Positions 29,834 through 41,011 are shown, counted from the stretch's first letter. The stretch is DNA of 64,000 nucleotides from a bacterium (GCA_963555815.3 CAUVWX020000001.1:64001-128000); one strand, 5' to 3'. Notes: a model not told the origin generated them from the sequence alone. A program made the numbers and translations.

Positions 29834-31113
29834 GAGGAGCCCTCCCCTCTGTTCGCGGCGCTGCCAGACACCAAGAGTTGACCCGCGTAAAGGGGAAAAC
29901 GCTGACAGAGTTCCTTGACCTCCCCGCGGATCTTCTCGGGGTCCTCGCCCCCAAGGACCTGGGCGATCCAGCGCCCGATCTCACCCATCTCCGTTTCCCC
30001 CATGCCTCTGGTCGTCACAGCCGGAGTCCCGATTCTGATTCCACTTGACACCATAGGGGGCCTGGGATCGAAGGGGACGGCGTTCTTGTTGACCGTGATG
30101 CCCGCCCTCTCGAGGCGATCCTCAGCCTCACGTCCGGTGAGGGGGTCTCCCCGCAGATCAATGAGCATCAGGTGATTGTCCGTCCCTCCAGAGATCAGCT
30201 TGAGGCCCGAATCCATGAGGCCCTTGGCCAGGGCCTTGGCGTTCGACACAATCTGCCGTTGATAGACCTGAAACTCCTCAGACTGAGCCTCCTTAAAGCC
30301 GACCGCCTTGGCCGCAATGATGTGCATGAGGGGTCCCCCCTGAAGCATGGGGAAGATCTTTTTATTGAGCCTCTTCCAAATCTCTTCGTCATTGCAGAGG
30401 AGAAAGCCTCCTCGGGGACCTCGGAGGGTCTTGTGGGTGGTCGCCGCCACGATGTCGGAAAAGGGGACCGGGTTGGGATGGAGTCCGGCGGCAACGAGCC
30501 CCGCAATATGGGCCATATCCACAAAGAGCCTGGCCCCGACCCCATCAGCTATCTCTCGAAACCTCTTGAAGTCGATGATGCGAGGATAGGCGCTGGCGCC
30601 CACCACGATGAGCTTTGGCCGGTGGGCCTGGGCCAATTCCTCCACCTGGTCAAAGTCGATCTCCTCCCGCTCGCGGTCCACCCCGTAGGGAATCACCTGA
30701 AAGAACTGGCCGGAAAAGTTGACGGGGCTTCCGTGGGAGAGGTGACCGCCGTGGGATAGATTCATCCCCAGGATCGTGTCCCCGGGCTTCAGAAACGTGA
30801 AATAGGCGGCCATCACCGCCTGAGTGCCCGAGTGAGGCTGGACATTGGAGTAGGCAGCGCCGAAGAGAGCCTCAACCCTCTCTCGGGCCAGGCGTTCCGC
30901 CTGATCCACATGCTCGCAGCCCCCGTAGTAGCGACGACCAGGAAGCCCCTCGGCGTACTTATTGGTCAGGATAGAACCCTGAGCCTCTAAGACCGCCGCG
31001 CTCACCGCATTCTCTGAGGCGATGAGCTCCAGGGTTTCTTCCTGCCGCTTGAGCTCCAGATCCAGAACCTCTGCGATCGCGGGGTCAACTTCCCTTAAGG
31101 GTGCCAGTCGCAT
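29830..31113 (-). CDS. glyA: Serine hydroxymethyltransferase
   Basis: [31 protein letters not shown]. Confidence 0.98.
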   Translation of the reverse strand: MRLAPLREVDPAIAEVLDLELKRQEETLELIASENAVSAAVLEAQGSILTNKYAEGLPGRRYYGGCEHVDQAERLARERVEALFGAAYSNVQPHSGTQAVMAAYFTFLKPGDTILGMNLSHGGHLSHGSPVNFSGQFFQVIPYGVDREREEIDFDQVEELAQAHRPKLIVVGASAYPRIIDFKRFREIADGVGARLFVDMAHIAGLVAAGLHPNPVPFSDIVAATTHKTLRGPRGGFLLCNDEEIWKRLNKKIFPMLQGGPLMHIIAAKAVGFKEAQSEEFQVYQRQIVSNAKALAKGLMDSGLKLISGGTDNHLMLIDLRGDPLTGREAEDRLERAGITVNKNAVPFDPRPPMVSSGIRIGTPAVTTRGMGETEMGEIGRWIAQVLGGEDPEKIRGEVKELCQRFPLYAGQLLVSGSAANRGEGSS

Positions 31114-31574
31114 CACGAGGAGAGGATCTCCTCTTCAAGCTGGGCGATTTTATCAAGGCGCCGTTCATGGCGGCCGCCTTCGAACTTCACGTCTAGCCAT
31201 GTGGCCACGATCTCGCGGGCAACGCCCTCCCCCACAACACGTCCCCCCAAGACGAGGAGGTTCGCGTTGGCATGGGCCTTGGCCTGTCGGGCCGTATAGA
31301 CGTCATGGCAGAGGGCTCCCCGGACGCCTCGGAATTTATTCGCCACAATGCTCATCCCGATGCCCGTCCCGCAGACCAGGATGCCATGCTGAAAGCGGCC
31401 CTCGGACATCGCCTGGGCCACCTGCATTGCGTAGTCAGGGTAATCAACCGGGTTTTCATTCAAAGGGCCAAAATCCTCAAAACATTCCTCCCGCTCAAGG
31501 AGAAAAACCTTGAGGCACTCCTTCAGCTCAAACCCGGCATGGTCAGAGGCGAGGGCGAGCGTCCGAGAGTCCAT
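31113..31574 (-). CDS. rpiB: Ribose-5-phosphate isomerase B
   Basis: SDHAG, DYPD, CGTGIG, FEGGRH. Confidence 0.96.
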   Translation of the reverse strand: MDSRTLALASDHAGFELKECLKVFLLEREECFEDFGPLNENPVDYPDYAMQVAQAMSEGRFQHGILVCGTGIGMSIVANKFRGVRGALCHDVYTARQAKAHANANLLVLGGRVVGEGVAREIVATWLDVKFEGGRHERRLDKIAQLEEEILSS

Positions 31575-31751
31575 CCCTATTTTCCTATTCTGACGTGAAA
31601 AGGAGGAAACCCCTTCGGAGTTCCAACATAGGGTATCCTACTTTTACCTGATCCACAACCAATAGTAGAAGTTATCCTTACAACTGTTACTTTGTCCCTT
31701 GACGGGCACCGAGGCGTCACCCTACACTCCTTTGAAGGTGACTCATGTAAT

Positions 31752-32302
31752 ATGAAGATTATGGGAAAGGTCTTGGATCGCCCGGTTATCGAGGCGACTA
31801 TATTCGACACCCACTTTGGGTGGTGTGGAGTGGCCGCGAGCAAGGCGGGCGTTAGACACGTCCTTCTTCCCCTTCCAGACCGTCGAGCTGTCCTTTTCGC
31901 CCTCAAACGCCTTGGGATCCCCGCCACTAAAGGGGCCAAGGGCGCCTCTTCATCTCTCCTGAAAGCGGTCTCTACCGTCCGGGCCTACTTCCAAGGTGAT
32001 TCCCCCTCTTTCGATTTCCCCCTGGACCTCTCGGACATTTCACCATTCGAGCGCCGCGTCCTGAAAGTGACAAGGAAGATCCCCTATGGGGCGACCCGCA
32101 CGTATGGGGAGGTCGCAAAAACCCTTGGGAAACCCATGGCGGCCCGAGCCGTCGGGGCGGCCCTGGGTCGAAACCCATTTCCCCTGGCCGTCCCCTGACA
32201 CCGGGTCATTGGATCCCGGGGGATCTGAGAGGCTTCTCGGCCCCTGGGGGTCTATCTCTGAAGGCAAAGCTCCTTTCGCTGGAAGGAATATCCCTGGTTT
32301 AG
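31752..32302 (+). CDS. ogt: O6-methylguanine-DNA methyltransferase; catalytic Cys codon is TGA (candidate Sec), with a 1-nt frameshift in a G5 run
   Basis: IPYGATRTYG, ARAVGAALGRNP..VP-TGA-HRVIG (TGA 32196-32198); C-terminus DLRGFSAPGGLSLKAKLLSLEG in the shifted frame from 32222 to TAG 32302. Confidence 0.85.
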
Positions 32303-32334
32303 TTTCCCTTCCCCGCGTCCTCCAGCGGCTCCCC

Positions 32335-32577
32335 TCAGAGTAAGGCGTTGTACAACCAGGCGGTACCGCCGCCAAAGATGAACCCAATAACAAAGCCCCA
32401 TATGCCCCCTATGAGGGCCCCCACCAGGCTGGGGCCGAAACCGAAAAAGAAGCTGCTGTAGAGTTCGGCGATCTGGGCGCCCCAATTCGAATATGCAGTT
32501 AGTACGCCTATCACCAGCAAGAAAAACGCATAAAAAATCCCCCAGACCAATCCGAATTTCAGCGCGTGAAGTTTCAT
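32335..32577 (-). CDS. Small two-TM membrane protein
   Basis: 80 aa hydrophobic, GPSLVGALIGGIWGF..AWLYN; GGAG RBS. Confidence 0.7.
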   Translation of the reverse strand: MKLHALKFGLVWGIFYAFFLLVIGVLTAYSNWGAQIAELYSSFFFGFGPSLVGALIGGIWGFVIGFIFGGGTAWLYNALL

Positions 32578-32598
32578 GGTTTTTCTCCTTGCCTGGCG

Positions 32599-33873
32599 TC
32601 AGCCCCGGACCAGGCGCATGTTGGCTCCGAGCTCTTTCATCAGGTGGGGAAACGTGGGGAAGGTCATATTCACCGCCTCGGCCCTCGTCACGCGGGTCAC
32701 CCCCTGGGCCTTTAGGCCCGCGATGGCAAGGGCCATGACGACACGGTGGTCTCCTGCACCGTCCACGAGTGTCCCCTTCAGATCACTGTGGCGGATGAGG
32801 AGGCCGTCGGGGAGCTCTTCCACATCAGCGCCAAGACACTTGAGATTTTCCGCCATCACGGCAATGCGGTTGGTCTCCTTCATCCGAGCCTGGGGGACGT
32901 TTCGAAGGATGGTCTCGCCCCAGGCGTGGCACCCCACGACCGCCAGGGCGGGAAGCGCATCCGGGGTATCGTTTAAATCGAGCTCCTGGCCCTGTAGGTC
33001 GCTCCCCTGGATCCGAATCCCCCGCTCCGTCACCTCGATGTCGGCCCCCATCTGCACCAGATAGTCCACCACCTTGCGGTCCCCCTGGATGTCATCCATG
33101 TCCAGTCCCAACACCAAGACTCGGGAGTTGGTGATAGCAGCGGCGCACAGGAAGAAGGTGGCCGACGAAAAGTCAGCGGGGATCCGCTCGGTGAAACCGG
33201 GAAAGGACTGCCCCCCTGGGATGATGAACCGTTCGTAGTTCTTATTCGTCGGCATGATCTCCTGTTTCTCAAGCCAGCGCAGCGTCATGTCCACGTAGGA
33301 GCGCTCCCGAAGATCATCGACGTGAATCTGGGTATCGTCTCGGGCAAGGGGACAGTTGATGAGGAGGCTTGTGAGGAATTGAGAGGTGACCCCATCCACG
33401 GTGGTCTCCCCGCCCTTTATGGGACCCCCCACAATCACCGGGAGAAGACCGTCCCCTTTCGTGGAAAAGGCCTCGGCCCCCAGGTCTGTGAGGGCGTCCA
33501 GGAGAGATTTCATGGGCCGTCGCCTGGATTGTTCATCCCCCGTCAGGACGGTGTAGCCCCGGCCAAGGGCCGCCGACCCCATCCCGATCCGGCAGGTCGT
33601 TCCGGAGTTCCCGATGTGAATGACGTCTTCTGGTCTTTTGATCTCTCCAGCCGTTCCCTCCACGACCCACCGGTCCTCCTCTTGGAAGATCTTCGCCCCT
33701 AAGGCCCGATAGAGCTCGACTGCCGAAAGGGTGTCCTCGGATTCGAGAGGGTCCAGAATCTCAGACGTCCCCTCGGCAAGAGAGGCGATGGCGACCGCCC
33801 GGATGGTGTGGGATTTGCTCGACGGGATTGTGACGGAGCCTGTGAGGCTCGATCTTCCGACCAAAAATTTCAT
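32599..33873 (-). CDS. aroA: EPSP synthase
   Basis: SKSHTIR, GNSGTT, SQFLTSLL, RMKETNRI, DHRVVMA. Confidence 0.95.
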   Translation of the reverse strand: MKFLVGRSSLTGSVTIPSSKSHTIRAVAIASLAEGTSEILDPLESEDTLSAVELYRALGAKIFQEEDRWVVEGTAGEIKRPEDVIHIGNSGTTCRIGMGSAALGRGYTVLTGDEQSRRRPMKSLLDALTDLGAEAFSTKGDGLLPVIVGGPIKGGETTVDGVTSQFLTSLLINCPLARDDTQIHVDDLRERSYVDMTLRWLEKQEIMPTNKNYERFIIPGGQSFPGFTERIPADFSSATFFLCAAAITNSRVLVLGLDMDDIQGDRKVVDYLVQMGADIEVTERGIRIQGSDLQGQELDLNDTPDALPALAVVGCHAWGETILRNVPQARMKETNRIAVMAENLKCLGADVEELPDGLLIRHSDLKGTLVDGAGDHRVVMALAIAGLKAQGVTRVTRAEAVNMTFPTFPHLMKELGANMRLVRG

Positions 33874-33880
33874 CTGAGTC

Positions 33881-34966
33881 TCAGGTCCGTGAGGACAGAT
33901 TTCGAAGGAAGTGATCCATCAGGACAAGGGCCAGCATGGCCTCGGCGACCACCACCGCCCGGGGACAGACGCAGGGGTCGTGGCGTCCCTCGACGCGGAT
34001 GGTCTTAGACCTGAGGTCCTTGTCCACCGTCTCTTGTTCCTTGAGGATGGAGGAGGGAGGCTTGACAGCGAGGCGGACCACCACGTCCTGCCCTGTGGAG
34101 ATCCCCCCCAGGACCCCCCCTGCGTGATTCGTCCGAAACCCCACCTTTCCCTTGTCGTTGAACATCCAGTCGTTGTGCTCAGAGCCCGGCATCCGGGCCG
34201 CCCTGAAGCCTGAACCTATCTCCACCCCCTTGACCGCGTGGATGCCCAGCATGGCTTTTCCGAGGTCGGCATCGAGCTTGTCGAAGACAGGGTCCCCGAG
34301 ACCCGGTGGGACGCCTTGCGCCCGGACCTCCACCACTCCCCCCAGGGAATCCCCTTCCTTTCGGGCGGCATCAATCGCCTGAATCATAGCCTCTGAGATC
34401 TTGGGGTCAGGACAGCGGACGATGCTTTTGTAGACAGCCTCCCGATCAATGGCCGAAGTTTCTTGCGGAGGCTCCCAGGTGATCTCTCCGATCTGTCTGA
34501 TAAAGCCCGCGATCCCGATTCCCTGCCCGGCCAGATACTTTTTGGCGATGGCCCCGGCGGCCACGCGGGGCGCGGTCTCGCGGGCGCTTGCCCGCCCGCC
34601 CCCCCGGTGATCCCGAAGGCCATACTTGACCTGGTAGGTGTAGTCGGCGTGGCCCGGTCGGAAGAGGTCCCGGATCTCATCATACTTGGAGGAGTCCACA
34701 TCCTCGTTATGGAAAAGCATGCAGATGGGGGCACCGGTGGTCTTGCCTTCGAAGAGGCCAGAGAGGATCTCAACCCGGTCTGCCTCCTTTCGCTGGCTCG
34801 TCACACGGCTCTGGCCCGGTCGGCGCCGGTCCAGGTCCGGCTGAATGTCGGCCTTGGAGAGTTCAAGACCGGCTGGACAGCCATCGACAACAGCCCCAAC
34901 GGCTGGCCCGTGAGATTCCCCCCAGGTCGTGAGCCGAAAAAGGATGCCGAAAGTGCTACCGCTCAT
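33881..34966 (-). CDS. aroC: Chorismate synthase
   Basis: [28 protein letters not shown]. Confidence 0.98.
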   Translation of the reverse strand: MSGSTFGILFRLTTWGESHGPAVGAVVDGCPAGLELSKADIQPDLDRRRPGQSRVTSQRKEADRVEILSGLFEGKTTGAPICMLFHNEDVDSSKYDEIRDLFRPGHADYTYQVKYGLRDHRGGGRASARETAPRVAAGAIAKKYLAGQGIGIAGFIRQIGEITWEPPQETSAIDREAVYKSIVRCPDPKISEAMIQAIDAARKEGDSLGGVVEVRAQGVPPGLGDPVFDKLDADLGKAMLGIHAVKGVEIGSGFRAARMPGSEHNDWMFNDKGKVGFRTNHAGGVLGGISTGQDVVVRLAVKPPSSILKEQETVDKDLRSKTIRVEGRHDPCVCPRAVVVAEAMLALVLMDHFLRNLSSRT

Positions 34967-35128
34967 CTAGAGACGCCTATGCCCCCGCGTTCAAAAATTT
35001 AAAAAAAAGAGATGGCTCCCCCTTTGATGGGTGTCATCTCCTCGTCTGCTGACCTTATCATACTCCCTCCCCCTCATGGAGGGACGAAGTTTGTCCATCC
35101 TGTTCCCTCAGACGTACTCTGGAGAGGT

Positions 35129-35641
35129 TCAGAGCGCCTTTAGGCGCGTCAGGATCTCGGCGGCGATGGACTCTGGACCTCGGCCCTCGGATCCAACTTC
35201 CAGATGGGCCAGGGACTCGTAGAGGGGCACCCGCTCCGCATATAACTTCCCCAAAGAAGTTTTGGGGTCCCTGGGATCCAAAAAGGCCGGGAGCCCTTCT
35301 TCCTTCATCCTCTCCCATAGGGTCTCCAGGGAAGCCTTCAGATAGACCACGGTGCATCCGCCCAGGACCTTTTTAATCTCCTGTCGGCCCGGAGTCCCCC
35401 CGCCCAAGGCCACCACCTGTAACCCTCGCCCGAGGCAGTGCTGAAGCGCTTCTCCCTCAAGCTCCCGAAAGTAGGACTCGCCTCGTCCGCGATAGATCTC
35501 CCGGAAAGGCAGGCGCTCGCCCGTTCGGGCCTCGTGGAGCCCTTCCAGAACAGTGTCGGTATCCTCGAAAGGGAGCCCCAGGGCCTCAGCAAGGAGGCGC
35601 CCTACGGTGGACTTCCCCGAGGCCTTGAAGCCCACCAGCAC
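35129..35641 (-). CDS. aroK: Shikimate kinase
   Basis: GFKASGKSTVG, DTD, FRELE, LGGG, R..LY; start may lie slightly upstream. Confidence 0.9.
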   Translation of the reverse strand: MLVGFKASGKSTVGRLLAEALGLPFEDTDTVLEGLHEARTGERLPFREIYRGRGESYFRELEGEALQHCLGRGLQVVALGGGTPGRQEIKKVLGGCTVVYLKASLETLWERMKEEGLPAFLDPRDPKTSLGKLYAERVPLYESLAHLEVGSEGRGPESIAAEILTRLKAL

Positions 35642-35667
35642 GACAGTCTTTTTGGAACGGCGCTGCT

Positions 35668-36654
35668 TCAGACGGTGGCCCCCCGAGAGGCAAGATAGGC
35701 GTCAATACGCCGGAGGAGCTGACTTCTCAAGGCCTCCAGCCCTTGCGGGGGGACGTCGAACCACTCAACCTCCCCCATCCCCCGGAACCAGGTCATCTGG
35801 TGTTTAGCGAAGCGTCGGGTCTGTCTCTGGAATGTGTCGAGGGCCTCCTGGAGCGTCATCCGGCCATCCACATAGGCCCCCACCTGGGCATAACCCAGTG
35901 CCTGCATGGCCGGTATATGGGAGGCAAAACCCCGCGCCCTCAACCTGTTCACCTCCTCGACCAGGCCCCCTTTTACCATGGCCTCGGCCCGGGCATCGAT
36001 CCGCGAGTAGAGGGTCGATCGCCTCCACCGGATCCCGAGCAAGAGGGGATGGGCGAAGGGTGGAGGGGTCTCGGCGTGATCCGACTGAAGCTCCGAGATG
36101 GGACGGCCCGTCAGCTCGTGGACTTCAAGGGCCCTGATGAGGCGTCGCTCATCCTGAGGCGCAATCCCGATGGCCGCCTGGGGATCGATGACCCTCAGGC
36201 GCTCGTGAAGGTAAACACCTCCCTTCGCCTCAGCCTCGCAGCGAAGACGCTCTCGGACCTCCCAATTGGCTCCGGGGCCGGGGAAGATCCAGCCCAGAAG
36301 GGCGCGCAGGTAAAGCCCGCTCCCCGCCGTTACCAGGGGGAGCCGTCCCCGGGAGGAGATCTCGAAGATAACCTCGCGGGCCATTTCCCCGAACCTGGCC
36401 GCTGTCAGGGGCTCATCCGGCTCAACGAGATCCAACATGTGGTGGGGAACTCGACGCCGCACCTCGGCCTTCGGCTTCGCCGTCCCGACGTCCATCCCCC
36501 GGTAAATCTTCATCGAATCCACGCAGACGATCTCGGCCGTGATGTCCTCCGCCAGCCGGAGGGCAAGCTCCCCCTTTCCGCTGGCCGTAGGCCCCACGAA
36601 AGCGACCAGAAAGTTGCCTTTTGTCACAGGAGAAGCGGGGGTCACAAAGGCCAT
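35668..36654 (-). CDS. miaA: tRNA dimethylallyltransferase
   Basis: GPTASGK, DSMKIYRGMDVGTAKP, RALEV, TRRFAKHQMTW. Confidence 0.96.
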   Translation of the reverse strand: MAFVTPASPVTKGNFLVAFVGPTASGKGELALRLAEDITAEIVCVDSMKIYRGMDVGTAKPKAEVRRRVPHHMLDLVEPDEPLTAARFGEMAREVIFEISSRGRLPLVTAGSGLYLRALLGWIFPGPGANWEVRERLRCEAEAKGGVYLHERLRVIDPQAAIGIAPQDERRLIRALEVHELTGRPISELQSDHAETPPPFAHPLLLGIRWRRSTLYSRIDARAEAMVKGGLVEEVNRLRARGFASHIPAMQALGYAQVGAYVDGRMTLQEALDTFQRQTRRFAKHQMTWFRGMGEVEWFDVPPQGLEALRSQLLRRIDAYLASRGATV

Positions 36655-36659
36655 CCCCC

Positions 36660-37190
36660 TCAAGAGAGGCCACCTCTCAGGGCGCTGGCGAAAATCTCCA
36701 GGGCCGGCGCGTCAAAGAGAACAAAGAGGATCTCTTTCAGAGAAGTTTTTCGCTCATCCACATGGTGGACAATCTCGTCCAACATCACACGGGCAGCGTC
36801 CTTCAAGGGGAAGCCCCCCACCCCTGTCCCCAGGGCCGGGAAGGCGATGGAGGCGAGCCCCAGCTCTTCTGCCCGAAGGAGGCTATTTCGGGTGGCCTGC
36901 CGGATGGCCTCCTCGCTGGTCACCAGGTCCTGTCCCATGGCGGCGGCATGGATGACGTGGCGGGCCGAAAGCTCCCCAGCCTCCGTTACCATCGCCTCCC
37001 CAACCTCGATGGGACCCTTGGAGACGGCCTCGCGCTCGATAGCCTCCCCTCCCCTGCGCTTGATGGCCCCAGCGACCCCCGCCCCCATCCAAAGACGATT
37101 GTTGGCGGCGTTCACGATGGCGTCGGCCTTGACCTTTGTAATATCACCCTGAACCAGCCGAAGGGAGGTGGAGCGGCGGCAGTATTCCAT
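36660..37190 (-). CDS. Macro domain (ADP-ribose binding/hydrolase) protein
   Basis: GDIT..DAIVNAAN..GAGVAGAI, VIHAA, FPALGTGVGG. Confidence 0.92.
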   Translation of the reverse strand: MEYCRRSTSLRLVQGDITKVKADAIVNAANNRLWMGAGVAGAIKRRGGEAIEREAVSKGPIEVGEAMVTEAGELSARHVIHAAAMGQDLVTSEEAIRQATRNSLLRAEELGLASIAFPALGTGVGGFPLKDAARVMLDEIVHHVDERKTSLKEILFVLFDAPALEIFASALRGGLS

Positions 37191-37361
37191 GGCGGTCTCT
37201 CTAGAGATGGGCCTTAGGCTTCCGTCCAGGTGCCGGACCTTTTCAGACAAGGAGGGAAACCGCTCGGGCCAATTTCCTTTCCTGGCCCGCTCGCCGGGAG
37301 GCTCCAACATATAGAAAGGGAAAAAGCGGGGTGACAAAGGAGGGCAGAGAGGCAGACGTTC

Positions 37362-37637
37362 TCAGCCGTCTACGATCTCACGAAGTTCTTTTCCCGCCTT
37401 GAAGAAGGGGACTTTTTTGGCAGGGATGTGGACCGTGGTGCCCGTCTTGGGGTTTCGTCCGTCGCGGGATTCCCGGTTGCGGACGCGAAAACTGCCAAAC
37501 CCCCGGAGCTCCACCTTTTCTCCCGTAGAAAGGGCATCCACGATGCTGCCGAACACAAGGTTGACGATGCGCTCCGTCTCCTTCTTCGTCAAATCGATCC
37601 GATCTGAAACCTTTTCGACGAGTTTCGCCTTGGTCAT
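37362..37637 (-). CDS. HU/IHF-beta family DNA-binding protein
   Basis: MTKAKLV, VELRGFGSF, GRNPKTG, PFFKAGKEL. Confidence 0.95.
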   Translation of the reverse strand: MTKAKLVEKVSDRIDLTKKETERIVNLVFGSIVDALSTGEKVELRGFGSFRVRNRESRDGRNPKTGTTVHIPAKKVPFFKAGKELREIVDG

Positions 37638-37717
37638 CCTAAAGTCCCCCCGCCCCTCCTTCGGCTCGGTGGTTTGCGGACGCTAACCGGAGACCTGCCT
37701 TTACGCCGCCCCCTTGC

Positions 37718-38614
37718 TCAGTACATCCAGCGGTACTGAAGCCTCGCTCCCACCTCTGACAACGGCAGACCCAAAGCCTGCAGGGATGGACTGCTCCGCA
37801 GTAGGCGCCCAAGGAAACCTCCTCGGGGCCGTTCCTCCACCACTTTGGGTTTCCCCACAATACCCGCCAGCCGTCCGGCCTCCCGGATGGCATCCTCAAG
37901 ACTCCCTAGCTCATCCACGAGCCCCAGGCTTTTCGCCCGCTCGCCCGTAAAGATTCGGCCATCTGCGAAGCTCCTCACCTGCTCCAGGGGAAGGTTGCGA
38001 CCTTCAGAGACCGACCGAAGGAACTGGTCATAGGCATCGTCAATCACCTGTTGGAGGATGGCTCGATCCTCGGGGCTGAGGGGGCGGACCGGAGAGCCCA
38101 GATCCTTATGCGCCCCGCTCTTCACCACCTCCACGCGAAGCCCCACCTTCTTCAATAGATCCTCGACGTTGCCCACCTCCATGATCACCCCGATGCTCCC
38201 GGTGATGGTCCCCGGATTCGCAAAGATCTTGGTCGAGGCGAGAGAGACATAAAGACCTCCAGAGGCTGCCACGCTTCCCATCGAGGTAACCAACACCTTA
38301 CCCGCCTCCCGGAACCGGCGAAGGGCCTGGTGGATCTCCTGAGAAGGGGCCACTCCTCCGCCCGGGCTGTCCACGCGCACCACCATTCCCGCGATGTTCT
38401 TGTCTTCTCTATACCGCTCAATCTGCTCCACAAAAGACCGGGAACCCAGGATCACGCCGTCGACCGTGATAAGGGCAATGCGGGCCTCACCCCTTTGGAA
38501 GCCCACGCCAGCCCAGAAGTTGATCACTCCCAACAGCAGGAGAAGCAGAACTGACCAGAGGGCAATTCGTTGGACTCGACGCCTTCGTCTTTGGAGGTGC
38601 TCCGGTGATTTCAT
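37718..38614 (-). CDS. sppA: Signal peptide peptidase SppA (short form)
   Basis: DSPGG, AASGGLY, TGSIGV, KSGAHKD, DGRIFTG. Confidence 0.93.
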   Translation of the reverse strand: MKSPEHLQRRRRRVQRIALWSVLLLLLLGVINFWAGVGFQRGEARIALITVDGVILGSRSFVEQIERYREDKNIAGMVVRVDSPGGGVAPSQEIHQALRRFREAGKVLVTSMGSVAASGGLYVSLASTKIFANPGTITGSIGVIMEVGNVEDLLKKVGLRVEVVKSGAHKDLGSPVRPLSPEDRAILQQVIDDAYDQFLRSVSEGRNLPLEQVRSFADGRIFTGERAKSLGLVDELGSLEDAIREAGRLAGIVGKPKVVEERPRGGFLGRLLRSSPSLQALGLPLSEVGARLQYRWMY

Positions 38615-38731
38615 AGTTCGTCGAATGGCTGGCCCGAGGGGATGCAATGGGGCAGGGAGATCGCTCTCAAGCTAATCAGGAGGTGCCAAAAGGGTGCACC
38701 AGACAAGAACTCTTCTCCTCCTCTTGGGTCC

Positions 38732-40885
38732 TTAAGGACGGTCCCCCTCTTCCTCCTCTGTGTCTTCCGCAACGGGCGGGGGCTCTTCTTTCGTTTCTGA
38801 AGAGGCCTCCTCGGATTGGGCGTTCAAACCCACGGGAGCCTCCCTTTCATCTTCAATCCCCGGCGCGGACTCTTCCTTCGTCTCGGAGGAAGCCACCTCG
38901 GGCTCGTCGGGCACACTCTCGGGGGCAACCCCTTCACCCTCCCCTGCGGGCGAAGTCTCCTCTTCCACCTCGACGGGAACTCCCTCGGGTTCAGCGGACA
39001 CATCCAAGGGGACAGCCCTTTCAGTCTCTCTTGCGGTAGCCTCCTCGGCCTTCCGCTTTCGGCGCCGCTCTTCCCACTCGGGGGGTTCACCGTGCTCCTC
39101 AATATAGGCCCGGATACTGAGCCCCAGTTTTCGGGCCTCGGAATCGATCTTGATGAGCTTGACCATATAATCCTCGCCCACCGCGACGATATCCTCGGGC
39201 CGGACAACCTTGCCCACATCGAGCTCTGAGACGTGAATGAGCCCCTCCAGGCCGTCCTCCAGGGCGGCAAAGGCCCCAAAGTTCGTGATCTTGACGATGA
39301 CGGCCTTGATGTCCTCCCCCACCTTGTGGAAGTCCTCGATGTGGGTCCAGGGGTCTTCAGCGACCTGCTTAAGACCTAAGGAGAGACGTTCATTTTCGGC
39401 ATCGACATTGAGAACGACAGCCTCGAGAGGCTGGCCCTTCTTCAATATCTCCGAAGGGTGTTTAATCCTCTGGGTCCAGGACATGTCTGAAATGTGAATG
39501 AGCCCGTCGATCCCCTCATCGAGGGCGAGAAAGGCCCCAAAGTCCGTCAGGTTTCTCACGCGACCACTGACCCTGGAGCCCACAGGATACTTCTCCTTGA
39601 TGGTGTCCCAGGGGTTGTCCTCCATCTGCTTCATCCCCAGAGAGATGCGCTTGCTCTCCTTGTCCACGTTGAGGACGACGGCCTCGACCACATCGTTGAC
39701 GTTGACAATCTTGGAGGGATGGCGCACCCGGCGGCTCCAGGACATTTCCGAGATGTGGACCAGTCCTTCCACCCCCTGCTCCAACTCGACGAAGGCCCCA
39801 TAGTCGGTAATGCTCGTCACCCTGCCCGTGATCCGGGTCTTCGCCGGATACTTCTTGTCCACCTCCTGCCACGGGTCGTGGGTGATCTGTTTGTGGCCCA
39901 GGCTCACCCTCTCCCGCTCACGGTCAAACTTGAGAACCACCACCTTGACCCGGTCGCTGATATTGAAGAGCTCCGAAGGGTGGCCGACCCGGCCCCAGGA
40001 CATGTCGGTAATGTGAAGAAGCCCGTCGATCCCTCCAAGGTCAATAAAGGCGCCGTAGTCCGTGAGATTCTTGACTACCCCCTCCAGAACCTGCCCCTCC
40101 TGAAGGGTCTCCAGGGTCTGCTTCTTAAGCTCGGCCCGCTCGGCCTCCAGAAGAACCCGCCTTGAGAGAACGATGTTGCTCCGCTTGCGGTTCAACTTGA
40201 TGATCTTCATCTGGAGCTTTTTGCCGATGTACTGGTCGAGGTTTCGGACCGGCCTCAGGTCCACCTGGGAGCCTGGGAGAAAGGCCCGAAGACCGATATC
40301 GACTGTGAGCCCTCCTCGAATGCGGGCAATGACCTCCCCTTCCACCACCTCGTCCCGGTCATGGGCCTGGCTGATGACGTCCCAGACCTTGATGCGGTTG
40401 GCCTTTTCCTTGGAGAGGACGACCTGCCCCTCGTTGTCCTCTGCGGTCTCCAGAAAGACGTCCACCTCGTCGCCCACCTTGAGGTCCCGCCCCTGGTGGG
40501 GAAATTCGTGAAGCGCAATGAACCCCTCGGACTTGTATCCCACGTCCACGAGGACAGCGTCCCGTTCCAGCTGGATCACTCGCCCCTTGATGACGTCCCC
40601 CTCCTTGATGTTGCGGAGGGTCTCCTCATAGATCTTTCCGATGTCCTCCTGCGTCAGAGAGGCAAGCTCATCGGGCAAATGTTCGGTAGAGGAAGGAGGC
40701 GCAGCCCCCCCTTCCGTCAAGGTCGAGTCCTCATTCCCCTCCGACAGAGTGGGCTCTTCAGGTGAGTCGGCCGATTCAGCCGTCTGAGAGGGGTCATATT
40801 CCAAGGAGGGAGACGGGGCAGAGAGGGAATCCTCCTCCGCCTTCTGGGAATCCGACTCCTGGAGGTTCTCCGGCTCGGTCATCAT
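38732..40885 (-). CDS. rpsA: 30S ribosomal protein S1 with acidic N- and C-terminal extensions
   Basis: Six S1 repeats (DVGYKSEG, FLPGSQVD, DYGAFIDLGGIDGLLH, GLVHISEMSW). Confidence 0.96.
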   Translation of the reverse strand: MMTEPENLQESDSQKAEEDSLSAPSPSLEYDPSQTAESADSPEEPTLSEGNEDSTLTEGGAAPPSSTEHLPDELASLTQEDIGKIYEETLRNIKEGDVIKGRVIQLERDAVLVDVGYKSEGFIALHEFPHQGRDLKVGDEVDVFLETAEDNEGQVVLSKEKANRIKVWDVISQAHDRDEVVEGEVIARIRGGLTVDIGLRAFLPGSQVDLRPVRNLDQYIGKKLQMKIIKLNRKRSNIVLSRRVLLEAERAELKKQTLETLQEGQVLEGVVKNLTDYGAFIDLGGIDGLLHITDMSWGRVGHPSELFNISDRVKVVVLKFDRERERVSLGHKQITHDPWQEVDKKYPAKTRITGRVTSITDYGAFVELEQGVEGLVHISEMSWSRRVRHPSKIVNVNDVVEAVVLNVDKESKRISLGMKQMEDNPWDTIKEKYPVGSRVSGRVRNLTDFGAFLALDEGIDGLIHISDMSWTQRIKHPSEILKKGQPLEAVVLNVDAENERLSLGLKQVAEDPWTHIEDFHKVGEDIKAVIVKITNFGAFAALEDGLEGLIHVSELDVGKVVRPEDIVAVGEDYMVKLIKIDSEARKLGLSIRAYIEEHGEPPEWEERRRKRKAEEATARETERAVPLDVSAEPEGVPVEVEEETSPAGEGEGVAPESVPDEPEVASSETKEESAPGIEDEREAPVGLNAQSEEASSETKEEPPPVAEDTEEEEGDRP

Positions 40886-41011
40886 GAAGTTCTTGGTCTC
40901 CTTTTCTCCCCCTCCCCCGCCTGATAAACGGGGAGATGATCTCCTTCAGGGGGATTTCCCCTTAACACTTCCGCCTCCGAGCAAATTTTCGGGGGCATCT
41001 TTTGAAAAACG

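Noticed and set aside
35743..37152. Long antisense ORFs (469 aa here; also 583-1368, 11408-12448, 22411-23373, 42553-43593)
   Set aside because: Shadow frames opposite well-supported genes, expected at high GC.
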